From Myxococcota bacterium (GTDB taxonomy: Bacteria > Myxococcota_A > UBA9160 > UBA4427): 64,000 bases of DNA. The notes under the pieces were generated by a model. It searched no databases. It was not told the DNA's origin and saw nothing but the letters and a program-made list of their open reading frames with translations. Below, piece by piece: positions 45,479 through 55,498 of the stretch. The translations under genes and the position numbers were made by a program. Location of the stretch: assembly GCA_965250285.1 (NCBI GenBank), contig OZ252299.1:3616001-3680000 (forward strand), in the 5' to 3' direction. Position 1 is the first letter of the stretch; every line of letters starts with the position of its first letter.

Positions 45479-46144
45479 TCATGAACCCGCTGGGTTCGCG
45501 TCGACCGGCGTCGCGCGGTAGTAGCCCGAGCCGTCGGCGTTGCCGGTGCCGTTGAAGCCGAGCGCATAGTAGCCGGCGAAGCTGCCATCGGTCGGATCGA
45601 CACGGTCGACCGACATCTCGAACCGCGTGACCACGTGCCCGATCACGGCCCAGAAACAGTAGAAGCGACCGTAGACGATGTTGGCCGAGCCGTTGTCGTT
45701 GATCGTGACGCGAGCGGTCGAGCGCACACACTGGGGCGGGATCCCGTTCACGCGCGTATGGAACCGCGAGCGGAAGCTCCAGCCAGCCGGATCGACGTTG
45801 ACCTCGTCGACCGAGATCTCCGAGAGGTCGAGCAGCAGCGGCAACAAGGTGCCGCCGACGCCCGTCGCCGAGAGACCGTCGTCGGGGTCTTCGCAGACAC
45901 CGGTCTCGGGATCGGCCTCGCAGAACACGTAGCCCCCGGGCGCATTGGCGGCGAAGAAGAGCGCCTCGAGCGAGCGGGACAGGTCGGTGTCCTCTTTCTG
46001 GGCCTGAATGTCTGTGGCCTCGGCCGCCGGGCGGTCGAGCTCCACCGGCTCGGGTGCCTCGACGTAGCGAGACGCGCAGCCCGCGAGTGCCGAAAGTAGA
46101 AGAACAAGGGCCAGGTGCGAAGGGGCCGTTCGTGCTCGTAACAT
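45479..46144 (-). CDS. Hypothetical lipoprotein
   Basis: Signal peptide with LAGC lipobox; four Cys in the mature part. Confidence 0.7.
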   Translation of the reverse strand: MLRARTAPSHLALVLLLSALAGCASRYVEAPEPVELDRPAAEATDIQAQKEDTDLSRSLEALFFAANAPGGYVFCEADPETGVCEDPDDGLSATGVGGTLLPLLLDLSEISVDEVNVDPAGWSFRSRFHTRVNGIPPQCVRSTARVTINDNGSANIVYGRFYCFWAVIGHVVTRFEMSVDRVDPTDGSFAGYYALGFNGTGNADGSGYYRATPVDANPAGS

Positions 46145-46237
46145 ATTGATTCCGATCGGTTTTATTGTTGGGCACGCTCGAATCATGCAGCCCGGGCGCG
46201 GGGCGAGGCGCGTGTCGTGAAGCCCCAACGATAGCCG

Positions 46238-46266
46238 TTGACTTGCAACTTGCAAGTCAGTAGTAT
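46238..46266 (+). promoter_or_regulatory. Sigma70 promoter containing a perfect 9-bp dyad operator
   Basis: TTGACT (46238)-17 nt-TAGTAT (46261); inverted repeat TGACTTGCA-act-TGCAAGTCA at 46239-46259; ATG 6 nt after the -10. Confidence 0.8.
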
Positions 46267-46272
46267 CTGGGC

Positions 46273-46833
46273 ATGCGATCCACCCCGTTCGACCTTCACG
46301 CCCCTGCCCAGCGACGGCCCGATCGCCTCGCCGGGCCCACTGCGTTCGAGCGGCTCGTCCGCGGGCTTCGTCTCGACCGAGCCACCGTCGGTGTCGACTT
46401 CGGCCCGGGCAGCGCGGGATCCGACTGCGACGGCGCCGAGCCGACCGAGACCGAAACGGTGCTCGTCGCTGTGACGAGAGGCGTGATCGATCGCGGCCGT
46501 CGCGGCGCGTTCTCGCGCGAGCTGCGGGCGGTGCTGGCGAAGATGACGGCATGCCCGGGCCTCGTCGGCTTCGCCGCGCGGCAGCAGATCCTCGGGCGCG
46601 CGGTCTGGACGCTCTCGGCGTGGACCGACGCCGAGGCGCTGCGTGCGTTCGTGCAGTCGCAAACGCATCGGCGCGCCGCAAAGCACGGCGGCATTCCAGC
46701 GACCGCGGTCGAAGCCGCCTTCGTCGAGCTGCCGCGCAGCGTGCTGCCCCTCGGCTGGGACCAGGCTGAACGGATCCTGGCCGAACACCGGCGACGCGTC
46801 GCCGGCCTCACCCCAACGGTTCGAGAGGAGTAA
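46273..46833 (+). CDS. DUF3291/ABM-like dimeric barrel protein
   Basis: PGLVGF...WTLSAWTDAEALRAFVQSQTH motif. Confidence 0.7.
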   Translation: MRSTPFDLHAPAQRRPDRLAGPTAFERLVRGLRLDRATVGVDFGPGSAGSDCDGAEPTETETVLVAVTRGVIDRGRRGAFSRELRAVLAKMTACPGLVGFAARQQILGRAVWTLSAWTDAEALRAFVQSQTHRRAAKHGGIPATAVEAAFVELPRSVLPLGWDQAERILAEHRRRVAGLTPTVREE

Positions 46834-46837
46834 CGAC

Positions 46838-47356
46838 GTGCGCCCCAACCGCTTCGATCACTGGCCCTGCCCCATCGCACGCAGCGCCGATCTGCTGGGC
46901 GACCCGTGGATCCCGATGGTCCTGCGCGAGTGCACCTACGGCGTCACCCGATTCGACGAGTTCCAGAAGCGCCTGTCGATCTCGCCGAACATCCTGGGGG
47001 CGCGTCTGCAGCGCATGGTGGAGCAGGGGATCCTCGAGAAGGAGCTCTACCAGGAGCGACCGCCCCGGTACGCATATCGGCTCACGCCGATGGGCTACGA
47101 CGCGACCCTCCTGCTCGCCGCGATGATCCGGTTCGGCAACGACTGGATCTTCGAAGAAGGGCAGCACCCGATCGATCTCTGCGACCGCGAGACGGGTCGC
47201 GTGGTGCGGCCGCTCGTCATCGACGAGCTGACCGGCAAGCCCATCGACCCCACCCAGGTGCGGCCCGGTCCGGGCCCCGGGTTCCCGGCCCCGAAGTCGT
47301 TCCAGGAGACCTGGTTCTACCCCGAGCGAGCGCACGGCGAAGAGGAAGACGCATGA
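46838..47356 (+). CDS. HxlR-family winged-helix regulator
   Basis: CPIARS.DLLGDPW..LRE...GVTRFDEFQ..L.IS.NIL..RL; GAGGAG before GTG. Confidence 0.92.
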   Translation: MRPNRFDHWPCPIARSADLLGDPWIPMVLRECTYGVTRFDEFQKRLSISPNILGARLQRMVEQGILEKELYQERPPRYAYRLTPMGYDATLLLAAMIRFGNDWIFEEGQHPIDLCDRETGRVVRPLVIDELTGKPIDPTQVRPGPGPGFPAPKSFQETWFYPERAHGEEEDA

Positions 47357-48528
47357 CGGTGAAGCGAAGTTGGAAGTGGATTGGAGCGGCGACGCTCATC
47401 GTCGCAGCGCTCACCGTCGCGGCGGTCGTGCGCATGGCGGCGAACCGCGACGTCGACGACCCGGCGTCGCGTCGTGCGCTGGCCATCGAAGTGACGCCCG
47501 CCGAGCAGACTGCGGGCTTCGAGCGTGTGCATCGCTTCGTCGGCCGCGTCGAGTTCGCCGAGTCGGCCGAGCTCGGCTTCGAGCTGACGGGGAGACTCAG
47601 CAAGATCGTCGTCGACGAGGGGCACCGCGTGGCCGCCGGCGACACGATCGCCGAGCTCGACACCGACCGGCTGCGGGCGCAGCGGGCCGAGCTCGTCTCG
47701 ACGCGCAACGAGGCCCTCGCCCGCCTCGAGCTGGCGACCTTGCGGGATCAGCGCGCCATCGCGCTGCAGGAGCAGGACGTCGTCGCGCCGCAGCTCGCCG
47801 ACGACGCGCGACTCGAGCGGTCGGCGCGCGAAGCCGGCCTCGCTCGCGTCGACGCCGCCATCGCACGCGTCGATGTCGATCTCGCAAAGTCGGTGCTGAA
47901 AGCGCCGTTCGCGGGCGTCGTGTCGGCGCGCCACGTCGACGTCGGCGAGGTCGTATCGCCCGGTCAGCCGACCGTGCGACTGCTGAGCGTCGAGCGACCC
48001 GAGGCGCGCATCGGTGTCTCGCGGCGCGTTGCGGCCCGCATCGACGAGGGCAGCGCCGTCGAGCTGAGTGTCTCGGGTCAACCCATCACCGCAGTCGTGC
48101 TGTCGGTGTTGCCCGAGCGAAGCAGCGCGACGCGCACGGTGCCCGTTCGCTTTGCACTGAGAGAATCGGAGACCCGCCTGCACGAAGGCGACCTGGTCGA
48201 GCTCGCCTGGAACGAAAACGAGAATGCGCCGGGCTTCTGGCTGCCGAGAACGGCGCTCACCGAGGGAGCCCGCGGCCTGTGGGCGGTGTACGTCGCGGTG
48301 CCGGGCAATGCAGTCCCCGGCCCCGAGCTTCGCGCGCTCGAGCGGCGACCCGTCGAGATCCTCCACGAAGCCGGTGAACGTGTCTACGTGCGCGGTGCCC
48401 TGCGCTCGGGTGAAGACGTGGTGCAGGCCGGCGTCCACCGTCTCGTCCCCGGCCAGATCGCTCGCGTGACGAGCGGCGGGCCGCAGCTCGCGGGTCTCGC
48501 GGAAGCGGCCGGGGAGCGCCGACCGTGA
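47353..48528 (+). CDS. RND efflux periplasmic adaptor (MFP)
   Basis: LGFELTGRL..VDEG, LKAPFAGVV and helical hairpin; ATGA overlap with the previous gene. Confidence 0.9.
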   Translation: MTVKRSWKWIGAATLIVAALTVAAVVRMAANRDVDDPASRRALAIEVTPAEQTAGFERVHRFVGRVEFAESAELGFELTGRLSKIVVDEGHRVAAGDTIAELDTDRLRAQRAELVSTRNEALARLELATLRDQRAIALQEQDVVAPQLADDARLERSAREAGLARVDAAIARVDVDLAKSVLKAPFAGVVSARHVDVGEVVSPGQPTVRLLSVERPEARIGVSRRVAARIDEGSAVELSVSGQPITAVVLSVLPERSSATRTVPVRFALRESETRLHEGDLVELAWNENENAPGFWLPRTALTEGARGLWAVYVAVPGNAVPGPELRALERRPVEILHEAGERVYVRGALRSGEDVVQAGVHRLVPGQIARVTSGGPQLAGLAEAAGERRP

Positions 48529-51500
48529 GCCTCTCTGCCCGCCCTGCCCTGTCGCTGCTCGAGAATCGACACCTGCTCGTGATGGTGCTCGTCGTCCTCA
48601 TTGCCGCCGGGACGAGCGCCCTGCTGTCGCTGCCGGTCACCGAGGATCCGCGCATCGCCATGCGCGGCCCCATCGTGTTGACGCGGCTCCCGGGTGCCTC
48701 ACCCGAGCGAGTCGAAGCGCTCGTATCCGAGAAGATCGAAGAGAAGCTGAAAGAGGTAGCCGCGATCCGCGAGGTCGACTCGACATCGCGCGCGGGCATC
48801 TCGGTGGTCGCGATCACCCTGCGCGACGACGTGTATGACACCGAGGAGGTCTTTGCCGAGATCCGCGATCAGATCGGGGCCGCGGTGCCCGAGCTCCCGG
48901 CCGAAGCGACGACCCCCATCTTCGACGACAAGCGCGGCGCGACTTCGTTCTCGCTGATCGTCGGCCTCACGGTCGAGCAGGACGGTCAACTGACGATCGC
49001 GTCGCGGCTCGCCGAAGAGCTTGCCGATCAGCTGCGCGGGGTGCCCGGCACCGAGCTGGTGCGCATCTACGGCGAGCCCGACGAAGAGCTCGTCGCATTG
49101 ATCGACGACGCCGAGCTGTCGGCCCTTGGGCTGACGGCGGCCGACGTGGCCGCATCGCTCCGGGCAGCCGATTCGAAGCGGCCGAGCGGCCGCTTGCGCA
49201 GCGAAGACAGCGACATCGTGATGGAGGTGCACGGCGCCTTCGAATCGGTCGACCGCATTCGCCGTGTGCCGATTCGGCGGGCCGGCGACGGCGCCGTGAT
49301 TCGCGTCGCCGACGTTGCGCAGGTCGAGCGCCGCTGGCGCGATCCGACGCGCGAGATCGGGCTCTTCGACGGCGCACGCGCGGTCTTCGTGGCCGCGCGC
49401 ATGGGTCCGGGCGAGCGGGCCCAGACCTGGTCGGCCCGAGCCCGCAGCATCGTCGACGCCTTCGACGCCGAGGTCGGCGGGCCGGGCAGCCCGGTCGCGC
49501 GGCGCATCGTCTTCGACCAGAGCATCTACACCGCCGAACGACTCAACGACCTGACCGCGAACCTGCTGCTCGGGGCCGCGGTGGTCGTGGCCGTGGTGCT
49601 GTTCACGATGGGCCTGCGGGCCGGTCTGGTCGTGGGCGCCGCGCTCCCGCTCACCACGGCGCTCGCACTCTTCGGGTTGATGATGACCGGTGGCTCGCTG
49701 CAGCAGATGTCGATCTTCGGGATGATCATGGCGCTCGGCCTGCTGATCGACAACGCGATCGTGATCGTCGACGAGGTCAACGCGCGGTTTCGCGCCGGCA
49801 GCAGGCGCGCCGATGCCGTGCGCGGTGCCATCTCGCATCTCTTCGGCCCCCTGGCGGCCTCGACGCTGACGACGGTGCTCTCGTTCGCTCCGATCCCGCT
49901 GCTGATCGGCAACGTGGGCGACTTCGTCGGGCCAATCGGCGTCTCTGTGATCGTCGCGCTCGTCGCCTCATTCGTGCTTTCGATGACGATCGTGCCCGCG
50001 CTCGCCGGGCTCTTCTTGAAGGAGCGCCCGAGTCAGTCGAAGGCGGCCCACTGGATGGATCACGGCGTCGACGTGCCGCGGCTCGCCGCGGCCGCCCGTC
50101 GGCTGCTCGCAGCGGGCATGCGGCGGCCCTCACGGGCCATTGCGGTCGCCGTCGCGCTGCCACTGCTCGGCTTCGCCCTGGCGCCGACCCTCGGCAGTCA
50201 GTTCTTTCCCCGCGTCGATCGCAACATGTTCGACGTGCAGGTGTGGCTGCCCCGCGACGCATCGCTCGACCGCACTCGCCGGTCGGTGGAACAGATCGAG
50301 TCGATCATCCGGCAGGACGAGGCCGTGCGCCGCGTCTCATGGGTCATCGGCGGGAGCTTCCCGAGCGTCTTCTACAACCTGTTGATGAACCGCGACGATG
50401 CCTCCTACTACGCGCGTGGGGTCGTCGAGACCAACACGGCTGCCGAGGTGAAGGCCCTGCTGCCCGAGTTGCAGGCCGCGCTCGATGCGCGCGTGCCGAA
50501 CGCGCAGGTCGTCGTGCGGTCGTTCGGCCAGGGGCCGCCGATCGACGCCGAGATCGAGCTCGAGCTGCGCGGGCCGAGCCTCGCGACACTGCAAGAGCTC
50601 GGCGAAGAGGTGCGCCGGCTGCTGGTCGCGCAGCCCGATGTGCTCCACACGCAGACGACCCTCGAGCGCGGCGAGCCCAAGCTCTGGGTCGACGTCGACG
50701 AAGACGAGGCCCGGCTCGCGGGGCTGACGCTCTCAGATGTCGCCCTTCAGCTCGAAGGCCGACTCGAGGGCTACACGGGTGGATCCATGGTCGAGAGCTT
50801 CGAAGAGCTCCCGGTGCGGGTCCGCACGCGCGACGAACGGCGGGGCGACCGCGGCCGACTGTCGTCGATCCAGCTGATCGGCCGTGCGGGCGGCTCGGGG
50901 GACGCGTCGGAGTGGCTGCCGCTCGCGGCGCTCGGCGAGGTGAGGCTCGAGCCCGAGATCGGCGGCATCACGCGCTGCGACGGCGAGCGCTGCAATCAGG
51001 TGCGTGCCTATCTACGCGCCGGGGTCCTGCCCATCGACGTGACGCGCCAGCTGCTGGCCGAGCTCGAGCAGAGCGACTTTACGCTGCCGCCCGGCTACAG
51101 CCTGCGCGTCGGTGGCGACTCGGAAGAGAGCGGCGCCGCCGTGTCGAGTCTGCTCACGTACGCGCCGATCCTCGGCGTGCTGATGGTGACGACCGTCGTA
51201 CTGTCGTTTCGCAGCGGGCTGCTCGCGACGCTCCTGTTCGGGGTCGCGGGCCTGTCGGTCGGCATGGGCCTGCTCGCCACCTGGGTCAGCGGCTTTCCGT
51301 TCAGCTTCACGTCGATTCTCGGCACCGCGGGCCTGATCGGTGTCGCGCTGAACGACTCGATCGTCGTGCTCGCGGCGATTCGCCACGACCCGCGCGCATC
51401 GGCCGGCGAGGTCGATGCGATCGTCGACGCAGTCATGGGCTGCGCGCGCCACGTGATCTCGACGACGCTGACGACGATCGGCGGTTTCTTGCCACTGCTC

Positions 51501-51716
51501 ATCTTCGTCGGCGGTGACTTCTGGCCGCCGCTCGCCGTCGTGCTGGCCGGTGGGGTCGGCGGCGCGACGCTGCTGGCCACCGTTTTCCTGCCCGCCGGCT
51601 ACCGGATGCTGGCGACACGGGTCGGCCGACTTCGGAGCGACCCCGATCCGGAGACCGAGCGGCCCGTTCGCGTCGTCGCGCTGGCGCCGCAGCCCGAGAC
51701 CGCACTCGGGGGCTAG
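48525..51716 (+). CDS. AcrB/AcrD/AcrF-family RND permease
   Basis: 1063 aa; PGASPERVEALV, ALGLLIDNAIV and STTLTTIGGFLPL. Confidence 0.93.
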   Translation: MSLSARPALSLLENRHLLVMVLVVLIAAGTSALLSLPVTEDPRIAMRGPIVLTRLPGASPERVEALVSEKIEEKLKEVAAIREVDSTSRAGISVVAITLRDDVYDTEEVFAEIRDQIGAAVPELPAEATTPIFDDKRGATSFSLIVGLTVEQDGQLTIASRLAEELADQLRGVPGTELVRIYGEPDEELVALIDDAELSALGLTAADVAASLRAADSKRPSGRLRSEDSDIVMEVHGAFESVDRIRRVPIRRAGDGAVIRVADVAQVERRWRDPTREIGLFDGARAVFVAARMGPGERAQTWSARARSIVDAFDAEVGGPGSPVARRIVFDQSIYTAERLNDLTANLLLGAAVVVAVVLFTMGLRAGLVVGAALPLTTALALFGLMMTGGSLQQMSIFGMIMALGLLIDNAIVIVDEVNARFRAGSRRADAVRGAISHLFGPLAASTLTTVLSFAPIPLLIGNVGDFVGPIGVSVIVALVASFVLSMTIVPALAGLFLKERPSQSKAAHWMDHGVDVPRLAAAARRLLAAGMRRPSRAIAVAVALPLLGFALAPTLGSQFFPRVDRNMFDVQVWLPRDASLDRTRRSVEQIESIIRQDEAVRRVSWVIGGSFPSVFYNLLMNRDDASYYARGVVETNTAAEVKALLPELQAALDARVPNAQVVVRSFGQGPPIDAEIELELRGPSLATLQELGEEVRRLLVAQPDVLHTQTTLERGEPKLWVDVDEDEARLAGLTLSDVALQLEGRLEGYTGGSMVESFEELPVRVRTRDERRGDRGRLSSIQLIGRAGGSGDASEWLPLAALGEVRLEPEIGGITRCDGERCNQVRAYLRAGVLPIDVTRQLLAELEQSDFTLPPGYSLRVGGDSEESGAAVSSLLTYAPILGVLMVTTVVLSFRSGLLATLLFGVAGLSVGMGLLATWVSGFPFSFTSILGTAGLIGVALNDSIVVLAAIRHDPRASAGEVDAIVDAVMGCARHVISTTLTTIGGFLPLLIFVGGDFWPPLAVVLAGGVGGATLLATVFLPAGYRMLATRVGRLRSDPDPETERPVRVVALAPQPETALGG

Positions 51717-51757
51717 GCCGGCTTCATCGAGCGCCGCACCCACTCAAAGGAGAAACC

Positions 51758-52219
51758 ATGCGATCTCGACAACACCCCCGATTCGTTCGCAGCCTGCTCT
51801 TCGTCGCCGCTTGCGGCATGACGACGGCGCTGGCCGCGCCAGCGGCCGCGGTCGATCTGGTCGTGTTCATTCAGGGGGTCCCGTCGGACGAGGGGCAGGT
51901 GCGCTGTGCTCTCTTCGCCGGCGAGCCCGGCTTTCCGATGGATTCGGACGAGGCGCTCGAACGCGCCTCGCACGAAGCCCGGCCGGATGGCGTCGAGTGC
52001 CGCTGGGAGGGGCTCGAACCGGGCACCTACGCCGTCGCGGCCAACCACGACGTCAACGCCAACGGGCGCACCGACAAGAACTGGCTCGGCATTCCCACCG
52101 AAGCTTGGGGCGTCTCGAACAACGTGCGCCCGACGCTCCGGGCGCCGCGCTTCGACGAAGCCGCGTTCGATCTGCCCGATGTCGAGTCGCTGGAGCTCGA
52201 GATTCGGCTGGGTCGCTGA
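51758..52219 (+). CDS. DUF2141 secreted protein
   Basis: Signal peptide; PGTYAV...HDVNANG..DKNWLGIPTEAWGVSNN. Confidence 0.88.
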   Translation: MRSRQHPRFVRSLLFVAACGMTTALAAPAAAVDLVVFIQGVPSDEGQVRCALFAGEPGFPMDSDEALERASHEARPDGVECRWEGLEPGTYAVAANHDVNANGRTDKNWLGIPTEAWGVSNNVRPTLRAPRFDEAAFDLPDVESLELEIRLGR

Positions 52220-52247
52220 AAGGGCGATCGCAGGACTCGCGCCTGAG

Positions 52248-53171
52248 TCACCGACCCCGTGCGCCGAATCTCGGCTCGGGCAGCCCGCGAACACCGAGGC
52301 CGTGCACGGCGAACACGCTCCCGGGCTTCGGGTGTCGCGCCAGCTCTTCGGCCGTGAGGAACGACTGCTGTGAGGTGACGAAGAGCGTCTCGTAGTCGTC
52401 GCCCCCGAACGCGATGCACGTGGGGCTGCGCACCGGCATGTCGATCTCGCGGTCGAGCCGGCCGTTCGGATCGACGCGCAGGATCTTGCCGCCCAGGTTG
52501 AGGGCGAACCAGTAGTACCCCTCGGCGTCGACCGTGGCGCCGTCGACGATCGCGGGCTTTCGGTCGGCGAGCGAGAAGAAGGGGCGGCGGTTGTGGATCC
52601 GTCCCTCTTCGATGTCGAAGTCGAAGACGTAGATCATCCCACCGAAGGTGTCGCCGAAGTACATGCGTGTGTCTTCGGGGTCGAACGCGATGCCGTTGCT
52701 CACGATGAAGTGAAAGTCGGGGGCGACCTCGCGACACGTGAGGTCGGGCTCGAGGCAGTAGAGCCGCGACGCCTCATCGGTGAACGTCGGCTCCATGCTG
52801 CCGCACCAGAAGCGCCCGCGGCGATCGACCTTTCCATCGTTGAGTCGGTTGCCCGGCTTGTCCGGCTCGGGATCGAACACGGGGGCGAGCGCGCCCGTCT
52901 CGAGATCGATCGTGCAGAAGCCGCTGTTCGCCGCACCGACGAGACCGCCGCCTTCGCGAAGCCCGATGGATCCGACCTGCTCGGGCATCTCCCAGACCCG
53001 CCGCTCACCCGTCGCGACGTTCAGGCGACGAACCGAAGGCCGCCGCGTCTCGCCCGGCTCGATCCGCGGCTCGACGTGATCCGCCCAGTAGAGCGCCGAC
53101 TCGTCGGGCGACCAGATCGGGGTCTCGCCGAGCCCGTCGTCGCACTCCCAGAGACATTCGACTTCGACCAT
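52248..53171 (-). CDS. SMP-30/gluconolactonase family protein
   Basis: LGETPIW, NRLNDGKVD..GRFW, SNGIAF, DGATVD and PTCIAFGG. Confidence 0.92.
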   Translation of the reverse strand: MVEVECLWECDDGLGETPIWSPDESALYWADHVEPRIEPGETRRPSVRRLNVATGERRVWEMPEQVGSIGLREGGGLVGAANSGFCTIDLETGALAPVFDPEPDKPGNRLNDGKVDRRGRFWCGSMEPTFTDEASRLYCLEPDLTCREVAPDFHFIVSNGIAFDPEDTRMYFGDTFGGMIYVFDFDIEEGRIHNRRPFFSLADRKPAIVDGATVDAEGYYWFALNLGGKILRVDPNGRLDREIDMPVRSPTCIAFGGDDYETLFVTSQQSFLTAEELARHPKPGSVFAVHGLGVRGLPEPRFGARGR

Positions 53172-53405
53172 GCTCAGAACCCCAGCGGCGCGTGCGCCCG
53201 GCTTCACGGCATCTCGCCGCAGCCCGGGTGGCGCCGAGGGCGAAGATAGACCTTCGTCGCCGGTTCACTCCGAACGCGTCGCAGTGTGTGACACGAAAAC
53301 CGACGGCGTCGCGCCGTCGACCGACGAGGCCGCGCGCGCCGCGGTGCGATCCGATCGGCCAATGCCCTTCAGGCGGACGCGCACCAGTGAGATACGCTTA
53401 CCGGC

Positions 53406-54122
53406 ATGGACGAGCTCAAGCCCGAGGCGAGGCAGTTTCTGACGCACACGCTTCGCGGATTTCTGGGTCTGGCGCGCGATGCCGGCGACTACGAGAGCCT
53501 CGTCGAAGTGGTCCAGGGCTCGCGGCTCCCCGAGCTCTTCGAAGCGCACGAGCGCTTCGCGATGGCCGACCCCGACGTGGCTGCCCTCGTGCGCAAACGC
53601 TACACACCGCCGCCCTACGACATGGACCGGCTGCTCGCGATGCCCGCGGGCTCGCTCGGGCACGAGTACGCGAACTTCCTGGTCTCGCAGGGGTTGTCGG
53701 CCGACAAGATCATCGACGATTTCGACGCGCAGCCGTCGTGGGAGCATGACGTCGACTACCTGTGGTCGCGCCGCTTTCGTACGCACGACATCCACCACCT
53801 GCTCGCGAACTTCGATACGAGCATGGCCGGCGAGATCGGCGTCGCCGCGATCTACTACGTTCAGCTTCGCAATCCGGTCGGTCCGGTCGCCCTCGCGGGC
53901 GTGCTCTCGCACGCGATCCTCGAGCCCGAATGGCTCGAGCCCATCGCCCAGGCGGCCGCCCATGGCTACCGGGTCGGCCGCGACGCCCGCAACCTCTTTG
54001 CGTTCAAGTACGAAGAGGGCTGGGAGCGCCCGATCGACGAGTGGCGCGCCGAGATCGGCATCGAGGTGCCGCCCGACATCTCGACCCATGCCCTCGAGCA
54101 GGCCTGGCACGCATCGCACTGA
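53406..54122 (+). CDS. Coq4-family protein (second copy)
   Basis: MPAGSLGHEYA and RFRTHDIHHLL..F......GE motifs. Confidence 0.82.
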   Translation: MDELKPEARQFLTHTLRGFLGLARDAGDYESLVEVVQGSRLPELFEAHERFAMADPDVAALVRKRYTPPPYDMDRLLAMPAGSLGHEYANFLVSQGLSADKIIDDFDAQPSWEHDVDYLWSRRFRTHDIHHLLANFDTSMAGEIGVAAIYYVQLRNPVGPVALAGVLSHAILEPEWLEPIAQAAAHGYRVGRDARNLFAFKYEEGWERPIDEWRAEIGIEVPPDISTHALEQAWHASH

Positions 54123-54247
54123 AAATCGGGACAGGCCGTGCCGTACATCGCGCGGGCCGACCCCTCGGCGACGCGCTGATTGCCGCACAGGCGCGACGAT
54201 TCTCGTTGTCCCCGTTAGACTCCGCGGCCCACCGCGAGGAGCAGAGC

Positions 54248-54778
54248 ATGAGTTCGGACGGAAACGGCGCATCGAACCACCCCGGCGACCGAGAGATCGG
54301 CGGTGGCGACGCCGCGACTTTTCAGACCGCCGGCGAGATCCTGCTCGAGATGAGTGCTTTTCAGCACCAGCTGGGCACCCTCTTCGGCGAGTTCCTCGAC
54401 CGGACGAACAGTGCTCGACTCGAGATGCTGCTGAACCTCGTCGCAAAGCGGGCGCATGCATGCGAGCGCGATCTCGCCGAATACGTGGCGGGCATGCCGG
54501 CGGATCTGAAAGAGACCCGTGTCCAGTCGCACATGCACCACACGCCGAAGTCGCTTCTCGGCGACCTGTGCGACGTCGAGCAGCCGACCTCGGACGACGT
54601 CACGCGGGTGGGCCTCGAATCGGATCAGTACTTCGAGGATGTCTTTCGCGAGCTGATCGGCATCGCCGATGCGAACGGCACCGAGCGGCTGAAAGACGTG
54701 TTCGAGAACCTGTGGCAGCTCGAGCTCGAGGCGCGCAAGAGCTTCGTGCGCCAGGTCAACGCGCTGCAGGACATCTGA
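54248..54778 (+). CDS. Hypothetical helical protein, possibly ferritin-like fold
   Basis: Four-helix pattern; GAGGAG upstream; no clear di-iron ligand set. Confidence 0.6.
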   Translation: MSSDGNGASNHPGDREIGGGDAATFQTAGEILLEMSAFQHQLGTLFGEFLDRTNSARLEMLLNLVAKRAHACERDLAEYVAGMPADLKETRVQSHMHHTPKSLLGDLCDVEQPTSDDVTRVGLESDQYFEDVFRELIGIADANGTERLKDVFENLWQLELEARKSFVRQVNALQDI

Positions 54779-54791
54779 GCCCGCCCGCCGC

Positions 54792-55376
54792 CTACGCGGC
54801 CAGCAGTGCGTGCACCGAAGCGCTGAGGCTGCGGGTTGCGGCCGCCACCGAGAGCCGCTCGTGTCGTCGCAGCTCGTCCCAGTGACTGAACGAGATCACC
54901 GCCCTCAGCGCGGCGACACGCTCCCGGCGCTCGCGATCGCCGAGCGGCGCGAGCTCGTCGACGAACATCCGCCGCACGGCCCGCCGAATCTCTCTGCGCT
55001 GCCAGTCATAGCGGTCGCGCACCGTATCGGAGAAAGGCTCGATCAGCAGAGCGGCGCGGCGCACCGGCGCCGTCAGCTCGAAGGCGCGCGCCGCGCGGGC
55101 GACGAGTGAATCGACGCGCTCCGCGCGCGAGCCCTCGAACTCGAGCGGCGGCAGCTGCGTGACGATGCGCTCGCTCTGAAGCGCCGCGGCCTCTTCGATC
55201 AGGTGCTCGAGGCTCTCGAAATGTCGAAAGACCGCACGTGTGGAGACCCCTGCGCGCTCGGCGACGGCAGGCGCCGACGGGCGTAGCGTCCCGGCCTCGA
55301 TGCACTCGAGCATCGCCTGCGCCACTGCGGCGCGTGTCCGGTCGGAGCGCGCATGCCGCCCATCCGTTGTGGCCAT
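54792..55376 (-). CDS. TetR-family regulator
   Basis: DGRHARSDRTR...VAERAGVSTRAVFRHF. Confidence 0.9.
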   Translation of the reverse strand: MATTDGRHARSDRTRAAVAQAMLECIEAGTLRPSAPAVAERAGVSTRAVFRHFESLEHLIEEAAALQSERIVTQLPPLEFEGSRAERVDSLVARAARAFELTAPVRRAALLIEPFSDTVRDRYDWQRREIRRAVRRMFVDELAPLGDRERRERVAALRAVISFSHWDELRRHERLSVAAATRSLSASVHALLAA

Positions 55377-55388
55377 CGCGAATCTCTC

Positions 55389-55413
55389 CTATTGTCACCT
55401 GAAGTGACGATAG
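55389..55413. promoter_or_regulatory. Candidate TetR operator between divergent genes
   Basis: CTATTGTCAC-ctgaa-GTGACGATAG, 10-bp arms with one mismatch. Confidence 0.7.
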
Positions 55414-55498
55414 CAGGACCACCGACACGCGCTCGACGTTTCGAACGACATCGGGGCCTTGGCGACGCGACGCCGAGACGCTCCGGGAGACTCACCCC

